A stretch of 63,399 nt of DNA, the filler included, from Pelomyxa schiedti (Eukaryota > Protista > Evosea), in assembly GCA_020536535.1 (NCBI GenBank). It is 15 parts of 15 records of this genome, joined end to end, with 100 filler letters (N's around TTAATTAATTAA, not from the genome) between each part and the next. Parts side by side here need not be neighbours in the genome. Positions count along the whole stretch, not along the records: positions 46,956 to 49,523 come from JAHLWZ010001955.1; positions 49,624 to 52,548 come from JAHLWZ010001852.1; positions 52,649 to 53,946 come from JAHLWZ010002610.1; positions 54,047 to 55,094 come from JAHLWZ010002937.1; positions 55,195 to 58,901 come from JAHLWZ010001703.1; positions 59,002 to 60,571 come from JAHLWZ010002412.1; 9 more parts are not named here. One strand, written 5' to 3'. Positions 49,361-60,671 of this stretch are shown in pieces. Position 1 is the first letter of the stretch. The number at the start of each line of letters is the position of its first letter. Made by a program: the position numbers and the translations under genes. The notes below the pieces were generated by a model that worked only from the letters and a program-made list of their open reading frames with translations, was not told the origin of the DNA and did no database searches.

Positions 49361-51557
49361 AATTTTTCTTCTTCTTCTTCTTTCTTCATTCTTCGTTTGT
49401 TGAGTGTTCTCTTCTCTTGGTTTTTTTTGGGGGGGTTTTTCTTTCCCTGTTTTGTTCTGTTGTGTTTGTTGCTCCTGCTTTTCCCATTTTAATGTTCTGT
49501 TTGTTATCCTTTTTTTTTTTTTTNNNNNNNNNNNNNNNNNNNNNNNNNNNNNNNNNNNNNNNNNNNNTTAATTAATTAANNNNNNNNNNNNNNNNNNNNN
49601 NNNNNNNNNNNNNNNNNNNNNNNATGCGTGATTTCGGGCCCCCCCCCCACCCCCGCCCTCGCCACACACACCGTGTGCACCCCACCACCCTCCTCGATGC
49701 ACGGCTCATGCGATGGCCTCTGGTCAGATTGGTTCTATTTGTTTCTTTCCTATCGGAACACAACACAAAGCTTGGTGCTTCGTCATCGTCTTTATTTTTT
49801 TGGCTTGGAATCTGCCGCTTCAAGGGGCTAGGAAATAAAAATGAATCAGACAGTTGGAGGGAAATCACATGCATTTCAGACGGCAATTCCAATCTCATCT
49901 CGCGACAGTGAATGGGTGGCGGTGGAACGCAACCGTGACAAGCCCAGGGTCCAGAGCAACATTATGGGCTTATACGAAATCAGCACAAAGTCGTTCTGAT
50001 TCCAGAGAATGAAGCGGCCACACGACAACGACCAAGTAGAGTTGTCTTCGTCAACACCGCCCACCAACGACGACAACGTCACCGGGGTGGTTCCTTCTTC
50101 GTCGGGCGTGAGCAATGCACCTTGCCCCCAGCCCCCTCCCACAATTGGTTGTAGCGCGGGGGATGCGAGGAGGATGCGGCGGGGGAGGGGGAAGTCAAAG
50201 GGAAAGGGGATGCCGGTGAGAGGGTGCTGGTTTATGAGGAGAGAGATGTTGTGAAATTATGCTTTGATTGTTGAAAAATGACCACTTAAATACAATACAG
50301 GATGAAATTGCCTTGGTCAAGAAATGGAGAGAAACAGTGTATTCAGAGGAAATTACACAACTGGGTAAACTCACTGAGCTTCTTTCCACAATGAATTCCA
50401 ATAGAATGGTTTTTCAAATCAAATTTCTGTATTGTCTCTAATCCACTGTAGGTTGGGGAATACACCTGGCTAGAATTTCTCCTTGATAATGATTTTACCT
50501 CAAAGTCATTGGCCACACTTCTAAGCAATGTCAGCAATGAGGTTCAGAATTATTCTGAAAAGCTCAAGAAGCAATTAGAAAAGCAAATCCATTCTACACC
50601 CCCCAAGCTAATGTCCACCACTCACCAGTTGAAACATATGGCTACCCAGGCACCAGCTACACAAAGTTGCTTACTGGCTTGCAACTGGAATAAGGCCTTA
50701 TTCGATCTTATGAGACACGGAACGCACTAATGCGGACTGCAGTGGTGATTGATTCTGAGGCAATCTTGACTGAGAATTGGACAACAGCATGGCTTTGAAG
50801 CTAACCACACCTAACCACACCAAAAATTAATTATCCTTTTCCCACGTTCAACCCAAGCACGAGAACAACCAAGAGAACCTTTACACTCTCACTCTCTTTC
50901 GTTCTCTTCCCACAGAAGCTAACACACAGAGCGGTTGTGCGATTCGGTTACAAGGCTGTGATGTTCAAATGGATTCTCGGACAAGAGTGCATGTAATCAA
51001 AACTGCCACATTCTTGTTGCTGTATTTGCACCCAGCTGTGCTGTGTGCTGATCATTACCTTCGCTGTCTCATTCTGGTAATAGTCCAGATTCGGCTCAGT
51101 CTCTCCAATCCCGCTAAAGCACACCAGACTTCAGAGCCTTGCAAGCAAGGCCGAGTTTGTGTACTTTGTGGAAGTACACACAGTGAGGCGTGTCACAGTG
51201 ATACTAATGAATTGACAGATGGTTCAAGGCCAACAAGTAGGCCCAGGGGACAATAAAAAAAGCAAAATTGTTTTTCTCACAACTTATTGTTGTCTAAGTT
51301 TTCCTTCCTTTTGAAAGGTGATGACTTTAAACAACAACAAGTTGTGAGTAAAAACAATTTTTCCTTCTTTCCAAAAAAGGAAATCTGCTCCATTCTCCCC
51401 AATTCATCACAACCAATGCCAACATTGGAAGTGAGTTTTTGGCCACCCTTGCAGTGGTGTTGAATTGGGGTGCCCTAAACTTGCAAATGCTGGAACACAA
51501 AGCGCTTCCTGAGAGTGAAAGCACCTAAAGTGAACCCAAGCATGAAGTATTCCTTCT

Positions 51558-51601
51558 CCACCCAAAAGTGTGTGACCACAGGGAGCCACACTTTTGGGTG
51601 G
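51558..51601. repeat. perfect 15-bp inverted repeat (14-nt loop)
   Basis: CCACCCAAAAGTGTG ... CACACTTTTGGGTGG. Confidence 0.85.
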
Positions 51602-54046
51602 TTACCTCTGTTTCCAGCATTTTATTTCAGATGCCCAAAATCACTGCAGATGCAGGGCTTGCTGGATCTGAGTGACAATCACGAGAACCTCTTGAGGGGG
51701 ATTCAGCATCACATTTCTCTATTCTGGCTTCTGTTTGTGAGCAAGTTCCAAGAAGATGAGAGCCAGCTTTCTTCCCCCTGTTATTGTTTGATTGGGCTTC
51801 TGGCTGCGTGTTTGCAGGAACCCGCCGGACATTGGTTTGATGAGTTCAGCGAAGCCAGACGAGGGAAAAGAACAGAAGCGTGTGTTCAGGTTCGGCGCTT
51901 CCGATGTGGGAAGTGCTCGTTATTTTCATCAACACGGCAACAAGCACATCCTTTTTGGATCAAATCAATGCCCTTTCCTCGCCTTGTCTTTCCCCACCGC
52001 GTTTATAATTCGAAGACACACATACAACAGTGACAATTTCCACTATCAAACCCACAAACACATAACATTCTTCCCAACAAACAACACCACACACACAGCA
52101 CAATTCCCCATCGTCAAAAGACACTTGAGGTTGAATGGCCAGTAGTACCAACACTAGCAGTGGAGATTGTTACAAGTTGGCTCCAGCATCATCACCACCA
52201 CCGCCAGCGACTCCGTCGCCGTCACGCGAGGACGTGGAATTGATGAGGAGCATCGCCAGCGGTTCGTCGGGATCAATGAGGGACTCAACTGTGGCCAAGG
52301 CGCTCACTGCCAACATGACGCAGTTGCCACTCACTGACAAAATCCACAGGATGTTCAGAAACCTGCCGTAATCTGTCTATCTATTCTGTGTTCCTTCCTA
52401 GAATTAATTGCCCGTGATATGATACTATCTTATTAATGTACCGCTTAGTATTATTATTTGTGATCAAGTGCTTATTCCGTGCATTAGGGGGGCTTATGAC
52501 ACAAGGACGCATCAGTCAGAGGATGCAAACGAACTTTATGTGACGAAANNNNNNNNNNNNNNNNNNNNNNNNNNNNNNNNNNNNNNNNNNNNTTAATTAA
52601 TTAANNNNNNNNNNNNNNNNNNNNNNNNNNNNNNNNNNNNNNNNNNNNGTGAATTGGTACTGGAAAGCTGGCAATGTGGGTTAGAGAACTGGACAGGGAT
52701 ACAAAGAACTATATCTGTGTTGTGTATTTGCTTTTCACATTTTTGATAGCAAATGCCAGCCAGCAAGGAAGGCATTGATTCACCTCATCAGTCTTGTTAT
52801 CATTAGATTAGAATCTAAACAAATGGTATGCTAGCCTTTCCATGCAAGTGGTCTGTGGTGGAGCTGGTACCTATGCTTTCTTTGAACTGCCAGTGCTAGC
52901 AGTTTCTTATGTGGTTCCATGTCCAACTCCACTGGAGAAAGTCCCATAGTTGCCCATGATTTGTAATATCTAATATGGGTGGTGGCTTGGGTTGCATGAG
53001 AAATCTGGCTATGGCAAATGTGACTCAAATGCGGAAAGCACCAGAACAGAACCAACCATTGGGGGAAGGTAATCCCACTGTTGTTCTCAAATCTGTGAAG
53101 AATTAGGTACATACTGTACTTTAATTATGTAATGTCTCACTTGTGGGCAAGCTGCTTCTTCTTATTGCGCCTTGGCCAGGAGCACGCCACAAGCCAGCAG
53201 GGCCATCTTGGAGGCCTCAACGAGGGCGGGAGGCGTGATGGCGGCGGGTGCCGACGTGGCGGCGGCGGCGGTTCAGCCCGCGGCCGGGGGGGTGTGCGAG
53301 AGGGTAGGGCCGGCACCTCGAGGGGGACGGGGGCCAGCGTTGTTGAAGGGGACTGCTGCTGTTGCTGGCTGGGGCGGGTCACCCATATCATGACCCCTTC
53401 TCTGTAGAGGCAAAGCCCTCTTCAACCAGGTTTGATATCCTATGAACCCGAGGTGGAAATCAAATACTCTTGTGGGTAATCAGGGTTAAGAGTTCCTTAG
53501 CTAAGGAGTTACCTGCTTGAAGAAGAGCCCTGCATGACCAGCATGTTACATAGAAATCAGAGATCGTCCAGCAGGAAGAATGGCGGAGACGATGACTAAG
53601 GTTTGCTGGAAATGTAGAGTTAGTACTGCATTAACGACATGGGGTATTGTAAATATACCGAACATATTACAGATTCAACAAGGAATACTGTTTCACTGAA
53701 ACCATCTCCTGAGTGGGGCACAAAAAGAGAAAGGCGCTGCATGCACAGGTATTTTCATATTTAGGGAAATGTGAAAATGCCAGCCAAGATGGCGGCAATA
53801 CATCAAGACAAGAAGATACACAGCATTGCATAAGTTCGCCAAGTAGAGGAAATTACAAAGCGTTTTCAAATTGGGCCTTGCTGGAGTTAGAAGCAAACTA
53901 TGAGGAAGTAAAATAGACCTGCAGTTGCCAAGCATCTTCAGCTCAGNNNNNNNNNNNNNNNNNNNNNNNNNNNNNNNNNNNNNNNNNNNNTTAATTAATT
54001 AANNNNNNNNNNNNNNNNNNNNNNNNNNNNNNNNNNNNNNNNNNNN

Positions 54047-55094
54047 GGAAGGACTCACATTTTTCACACAAATAAACATCGTTGCAGTGGAGGCACTTGA
54101 AGAACACTTCCATTGGAAACGCTTTGCAGTGGTCACATCCTCTGTTCGTTGGTTTGTTTTTTTTTTTGGAGAGGGGAAAAGTGAAAAGGCGTGTTTGAAT
54201 GAGAGTGAGAAGGGATTTTACATGTGTGAAACATCGAAGAATATTTTCTCCCACCAAGAGGCATCATTGCAACCGGTGGGCAGAACGATCCTGCTGTGCG
54301 AATATGCAGCAACAATTTTTGAGGGAATGGCAGCTTCATCTGCGTCGACTTCCGTAGTCTCCTCGTCGTCGTCATCAGGCTCAGGTGGTTCAGAAACAGA
54401 GGCTGTCCGGATAAGGGCATCGGGAAACGCCGGGTCATTGGGATCAATTCTAGGCGGTTCGGTTGAACCACTGGATGTGTCAGGGGTTGCTGTGGCGGTG
54501 GGAACAGAAGGTTGTGACTCTTGCTCTCCACTCTGTGATTGATGCTGTGCCATTTCCGCTGCTGCGGCAGCTTGTTTCTCTCTTTTGGCTTGCTCCTCAG
54601 CCACTGCCCTTCTTTGGAGTTCTCTCTTTTTGACAGGGGCGTGGTGTCCGCAGCGACGTAGGAAGCGATGGCTACTATTACACTGTCGGGGAGGTACACG
54701 AGCCCAAAGTGGTTGCTACGTGATGCAACCCCTGGGGCTTCTCCCTCGTCGTTAGCGCGGTCCGAGGGTGCAGAGACAGCTTCAACCCCCCGCCGTACTT
54801 GTGACCGCGTTCCGAAAACAATTTGAATGCTGTTGATAAATGGTGACCCTCAGTCTTAGACTGAGAAATTACACGAATGCCAGATCCCCAATAACCATTA
54901 AATCGATTTTTAACGCAGTCATAAGTCTGTCGGCGGGTTGTTGTGTCGTTTCCTCTGGGTTCATCAAGCCGATTTTCCATTTCGGGGAAGCCCCAAATCC
55001 CGAGACGCAGTTGCAGGTCGGCCAATAACTAATCGGTTTTGATGATGGATACCAGCCCTGCGACCACCTCAGCTTTGCCATGCAGCGGCATTCC
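54047..55094 (-). CDS. fragment of a protein with HPR/F-box-like motif and ZZ-type zinc finger (frame joins uncertain)
   Basis: LSLHPRTAL..YLPDSVIVAIASYV and GCDHCKAFPMEVFFKCLHCNDVYLCEKC. Confidence 0.6.
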
Positions 55095-55927
55095 NNNNNN
55101 NNNNNNNNNNNNNNNNNNNNNNNNNNNNNNNNNNNNNNTTAATTAATTAANNNNNNNNNNNNNNNNNNNNNNNNNNNNNNNNNNNNNNNNNNNNGATTTA
55201 TGCCGATACGAGATCAACGTGGGTCTTTGGTCAAAGTACAAAAGTGCACCATGGAGGGCGCAGGGTGTACACTGTGCGTAAACAAAACAAAAAAAAAAAA
55301 ACCCCAACTGGCATTTACTAATTGATTTAAAATTGAAATATAGTTACAGTTTTATTAATATCCACACAGGGAGTTTAACTTACAGTCACTGGTTGCAACT
55401 AGGTCATTAATCTTATTCTGGGCATTGACTATACTAAGAGTAATGAGGAGACGGGGAGAATATCTTTTGGTGGGTGGGTGGTTGGTGTCTCCACGCCATT
55501 CTTGGAAATGAGCTGAACCCTTATTGGGTATTTTTTAACTCCCGCAAGTTTTTATTTGCAAATTTTAAATTAAACATGCACCCTCATGAGTCTACCTTTA
55601 TCAATGATCCTTGATAGACCTGCTACGGCTTTGGGGATTTTTCCTCACAAGGTACTGGTGGTGCTCTTCCCTTCTGGCCGGACGGGAGACCCTGCCGAGG
55701 TGATGGGTGTGTATTTTACTTTTTGGTTCGTTTTCATCTAAATAAACAACCAGCGGTCTTTCAGAGGAAACTCAGATTACACCATGTATTCATTTGTGGG
55801 ACCAACTTACCCTTACACCCTTACTGTGAGCAACTCATCCCTTGCAGGACAAGACAATATAACATGCACTGGTAATGTGCGTTACGTTCATTTGAGATAA
55901 ACTTATTCACTCCTTTTTTTTTAAAAA

Positions 55928-57830
55928 TTAAAAAAATCGCAGATGGCCAAGTGAATGATGGTGGTGCAACAAGGGGATGATGGTATTTTGTTGTTCAGTT
56001 GCCACCTCGTGGATAGAACGCCGTTGAGGCCATGAACGCATGTGGTATGACATGCTCCGCTGCTTCCTGCGTGTTTATTGTTGTTAATAGTGTGAGCAGA
56101 ACACATTGCGGGAAGCTGGGTATATACCTGTACGAGGCAAAAAGGTCTTCATTTGCACCTAGCCCAGGTGTGAACTCACCATCCTCTTTGGTGTGGTCCG
56201 GCCTATATATTTTCATTGTTTAGAGTGGAAAATAATGAAGGATCGGGAAAGAACGAAAGAAATGTCACTTGTTCCATCGAGACCTCCTGTTTTTGTGTTG
56301 TTAAAATCGGAATGAATTATGAAATTAACACACAAAGTTACCTGTCACCATCAGTGGATCCTCTGCGGTCCTGATCCCTGGACGATGATGATGACCCACC
56401 GGAACCACCGGAATTCCTGTCGCGGTCATAGGAACGCCGGTCCCGGTCCCTGGTAGGTTCCCTGTCTCGCTCGCGGTCACGCTCTCTGTCTCTATCCCTG
56501 TCTTTGTCCCTTTCCCTATCGCGGTCTTTTTCTCTGTCTCTTTCGTGACTCTTGTCACGATCTCTATCTCTGCTGTGGGTCCTGTCTCTGCTTCTATCCC
56601 GGCTCCTGGCTCTGCCTCTTTCAGAGTCTCTTTCTTTGTCCCTTTCTCTGCTTCTTTCGCGGTGTCCATCTCTTTCCTTAGCTGCGTCCTTTTCGTCTCC
56701 TCCTCTATCATATTCAGAAGCAGGAGCCCATCTTTAACAACCAGAAGGGCATCCTTAGCAAGTACACCAGGAGGATCAAAAGATATGATGGGTAAGTTCA
56801 TCGCATTAATTGGAGAGTGCAGGGTATAGGAGCTTTTCCGGCCTGAGTAAGGTCAGAAGGAAACTTGAGAGGGAAAGTGTACGATTTTCAACTGAGTGAC
56901 AAGCACTCCCAGAGGTAGAGGATTAGCGGGGTCAAAAGACAGAGGCTGCTCCACTTGTTGCTGCGTTGTTACTGTTGAACCAAGGTCCTGTTGAATAGCG
57001 GGATTTACTGCTGGGATCGTGGTTGGCTCTGCTTGAGGACGAGACGGAGGTTCACATGGCGGGCTTACAGCAGGCACCGAGGAAGCAGGAAGTGGCACAG
57101 GAGGAACAGGAACGGAGGGTATCTGGCAATGAAGGGGCTGGTGGGTGTGAATCTTGAGGAGTTGATGAAGGGATACAAGAGGCGGGAGGAGGAGTGATAT
57201 ACAGACTGGTGACACTAGTTTTAATTTATTGTTGCGGAATTAGTTGGCAAGATGGTCTGTGCAACTGGATGTTCAGATAATCCATCATTGTGGGATTTAC
57301 TTCTCTGAAAATAGTCAGTCGTTTTCCAAAGAAATACAGGAAGAAACCCCAAAAGAGGCTGTCATTTGTTGAATGATGTCACTGGAATAAATTTTCCTTT
57401 CTTTCCAAATATTTAAAACCTGTTTGGTTGTTGGTGTGTATTGAGTGTAACAACGTTGTACAATTCGAAGTACCTTCAATACTTTTTCCTTATCTTTTTC
57501 TAATTGGCTTTCATAAGCAGATTGCACACAAATGGCCACAGCCTCTTGTAAATCGGAAGTAGCCGCAATTCTTTCTTGAAAATGCTAGAAGAGTGACTGA
57601 GAAGAGAGACTGGACTCTGGAAAGCACACCAATTGCGCAAGTATGTCAATAAGAAGGTACAGAATGTGCAACTTCTTTGCCGGTGTTGAGGACTCCGGTT
57701 TGGAAACGAAAATATCGCCCCACACTGCGTGCTTGAGGAAGGTGGTGTGAATGAACCCACCTCTTTCCTATGTGGCGGACGAGTACTTGGCGCCGGGAAG
57801 CGAGGTCGCACTTGTTGCACCAGCACGAGC
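55928..57830 (-). CDS. CHERP-like CID-domain / RS-RD-rich RNA-processing factor (5' end unresolved)
   Basis: CID PAKKLHILYLLIDIL..KVLNIWKERKIYS, LPLGVLVTQLK, RD/RS repeat region 56400-56700 and C-terminal GLGANEDLFASYR|KQRSMSYH. Confidence 0.65.
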
Positions 57831-57916
57831 ACCGGCACGCCTGCCAGGGCCTCGTCGTCGACTTCGACCGGTTTGGCGCCGAAACGCGTAAGGACAGGAT
57901 AGGAAGATGATAATAA

Positions 57917-58834
57917 TCAAGAAAGAGGGTGGGTGTCTTGGAACTTATTTGACACAAAGAACTTTCTTTCTTCGAAACAGCACCTCGTCTTTGTTGGTGC
58001 AACGCAAACAATTTCGTTGTAGGAGGACTGGCGTGGCAATGGAACGACGTTGAGAGCAAGGGACAGAATGGGCGTCCTCGTTGTTGGGTCGGTCGCCTCA
58101 ATCCTCGTTTCCATTTTCTCTGGCGATTTACGTGCCACGGGTGTGGTGCTGGTGAACATGAGGCCACCCTCAAAGAACACAGAATCCCAGTGATCAAGAG
58201 GTGATGGGCAACCGACGTCAACACATCCCATTGCGCCACCACCAGTGTTGTTGATGTCCCAGATTTCCAACATAGGCCGAGGGCCTGAAACGCAGAACAG
58301 TGATTCGCTCATCTGCCAAACTCCATGGATAGTCTCGTGGCAAGTCTTCAGGGGCATCACTGGCGCATCCGTGAATCCCTCCTCAACTTGTATGATGACG
58401 CTTGGTTCTACTTTGAGCATTTGGGAGAATAGTCGTTGCAAGGCACTTTCACTTTTCTGCACAGTGAGTACGAAGGAACGAGCACTATCATTCTTTTTGA
58501 ACATGAGAGCGGCACGGACTCCTTCAATATCTTGTGCCCGGAACCTTGTTGAACTCAACACAGCCAGTCTCTTTGTTGCCCACGACTCCTCACATTGGAA
58601 CACAGTGACCTCAACTACGACGTTGGATGCCTGTACCCAGTCCTCACACAGTATCACTTCATCAGAATTGAGGTTGTTGAAAAAGAATGATACACGGTCA
58701 GAAACTTCTTGCCTTGGCATTGTGACTTTGTGTGACACAATCCCCCCAGAACAGTTCTCCCTCTGTGAAATTTTGCCAATTGTTTCCTTCAGTGGGTGGG
58801 AAGGAAACTGCACCAAAGGAGAACAAAGAGGCAC
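57917..58834 (-). CDS. lineage-specific intronless beta-rich hypothetical protein
   Basis: QMSESLFCVS, EIWDINNT, EGGLMFT, IEATDPTTRTPIL; same family as 37235-38590. Confidence 0.65.
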   Translation of the reverse strand: MPLCSPLVQFPSHPLKETIGKISQRENCSGGIVSHKVTMPRQEVSDRVSFFFNNLNSDEVILCEDWVQASNVVVEVTVFQCEESWATKRLAVLSSTRFRAQDIEGVRAALMFKKNDSARSFVLTVQKSESALQRLFSQMLKVEPSVIIQVEEGFTDAPVMPLKTCHETIHGVWQMSESLFCVSGPRPMLEIWDINNTGGGAMGCVDVGCPSPLDHWDSVFFEGGLMFTSTTPVARKSPEKMETRIEATDPTTRTPILSLALNVVPLPRQSSYNEIVCVAPTKTRCCFEERKFFVSNKFQDTHPLS

Positions 58835-59001
58835 AAAGTATTTTATTCATCTTGGAATGGATGGGTACATTTGGGTGTAGGTATTTGTGTTGGGATTTTG
58901 TNNNNNNNNNNNNNNNNNNNNNNNNNNNNNNNNNNNNNNNNNNNNTTAATTAATTAANNNNNNNNNNNNNNNNNNNNNNNNNNNNNNNNNNNNNNNNNNN
59001 N

Positions 59002-60207
59002 CCCCAGTAACAACACCGGCCACACTTACACATATTAATGCACTTCTTGTGCACGATCCCTCAAACCCCAAAGCAGAAGCAATAAGGGTGCTCCTTACCA
59101 AACTTGGCGTAAAAGTATGCACTACACTACCTTCCCCAACTGCCGAATCTCCCACAGAATTACCCAACGTTGTCATTGTTGCTGGTGGTGATGGAATGAT
59201 GTTGCATGCCATCCGTTCACACTGGCGTCTTCGGATTCCTTTCTTGGGGATCAATTGTGGGCATGTTGGATTTTTATTGAATGAACCTGATGCCGTTTTT
59301 TCACTTGAAGCCACCAGTTGTACACCTATCGACTGGCCCAGTTTAGCCTCATCGTTTAGCTCTGCTGCTCTTCCAACTCCTCCACCCCTTCCAACACCAG
59401 TTTCTTCGACAACCACAACAGCTGAACCTCCCCTTCCAACTCCATCCTGTAGTGCTACAGCACTAACCCGGACCCCAAGCCTTCGCCGTATTGTGGGACC
59501 AAACGAACTCACCATTCACAAGCTTCCACTGCTGTTTGTTGAGGCTATTCAATCTTCTCCAACCTCCTCATCAGAGCCGATTGTGCGGCAACTTGCATTT
59601 AACGACGTATGGGTAGAGCGATCAACAGGCCAGACTGCTTGGATGGAATTGTCCGTAAACGGAGAAATCAGAATTCCAAAGCTAATAGCTGATGGACTGC
59701 TTATTAGCACAGCAGCCGGAAGTACCGCTTACGCACAAGCCATGGGTGCATGCCCTATACCGGTTGGCTGCCCGCTACTATGCGTTGTGGGTAATAATGT
59801 AGCATTTCCATTGTCCTGGTACGCAATTCCTTTCCCTAATTCATCACGGAAATAATAACATTTTATATATTCCCAAACCAAACAATGCCCGCCTAAGCGG
59901 CTTACAATAGAATAGAATTCTACCCCGCCATAATTGAATTTTTTAACAAACAAACCAAATATATACTGAACCCTAATTCCATGTACACAGGAAATGTGCA
60001 TATCTACCTCTCGACGCGGAAATCACGATCAAGAGCGTAGACCCGGCGAAGCGTCCCATAAGGGGCTTTGTTGACGGGCTTGAAATGGGCAATCTACTGA
60101 CTCTGAGGCTGCGGGCCAGCAGCATCGCGGACTGCAGCCTCCTGTTCCTCAAATCACACGACATGGTCACCAAGCTCAGCAGCCTGCAATTCCCTCACAC
60201 ACTGTAA
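59002..60207 (+). CDS. NAD(+) kinase (5' truncated, one intron)
   Basis: VAGGDGMML, PFLGINCGHVGFL, AFNDVWVER, ADGLLISTAAGSTAY; second exon IRGFVDG. Confidence 0.92.
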
Positions 60208-60290
60208 CTCTAATAACACAAACCAGAGACCGAGAAGTTTGACTGATTGATTCACGTATTTTTTTATTTGACTGATGTTGGCCAATTCTC

Positions 60291-60571
60291 TCAGTCGTGG
60301 GTGTGGGAGCCCACGAGGCGCATGAGAAGTTGAAGTATGAAGGGGTCCTGACTCAGCTTCATTATGCAGGGTGGGTCCCGGCATAACTCCTGGACAGTGG
60401 GGGAGTGCTGTTCCAGTAGAAACTTAGCTATCGACGTGTGTTCGGCTGCGCAGGCTCGGCGGATGCACGCCACAGCTTGTGATTGGGCAATCTCGGGGTA
60501 GTTGACAGATATCCACTTGACAGCTGCCATGTTTCCGTTGGAGGTGTATATTTCCAGTGGTGTGCGTGGGC
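60291..60571 (-). CDS. ankyrin-repeat protein C-terminal fragment
   Basis: TPLEIYTSNGNMAAVKWI, IRRACAAEHTSIAKFLLE. Confidence 0.6.
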
Positions 60572-60671
60572 NNNNNNNNNNNNNNNNNNNNNNNNNNNNN
60601 NNNNNNNNNNNNNNNTTAATTAATTAANNNNNNNNNNNNNNNNNNNNNNNNNNNNNNNNNNNNNNNNNNNN

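Larger units (their letters stand above)
46956..49523 (+). repeat. tandem tRNA gene array, unit [Met-Asn-Val*] of about 1146-1176 bp, more than 2 units
   Basis: tRNA-Met at 46966/48112/49288, Asn at 47371/48513 and Val-like at 47904/49080. Spacers are near-identical apart from poly-T and short-repeat length variation. Confidence 0.95.

Noticed and set aside
46956-49523. Long Phe/Leu/Cys-rich and Lys-rich ORFs in the array contig; also considered as a CRISPR-like array
   Set aside because: The ORFs are artefacts of poly-T spacers. The repeated units are tRNA genes with near-identical spacers, not repeat/unique-spacer arrays.
49624-53946. Probable gene fragments (50009+, 52135+, 53137-)
   Set aside because: Low-complexity starts without identifiable domains, so no product can be supported.
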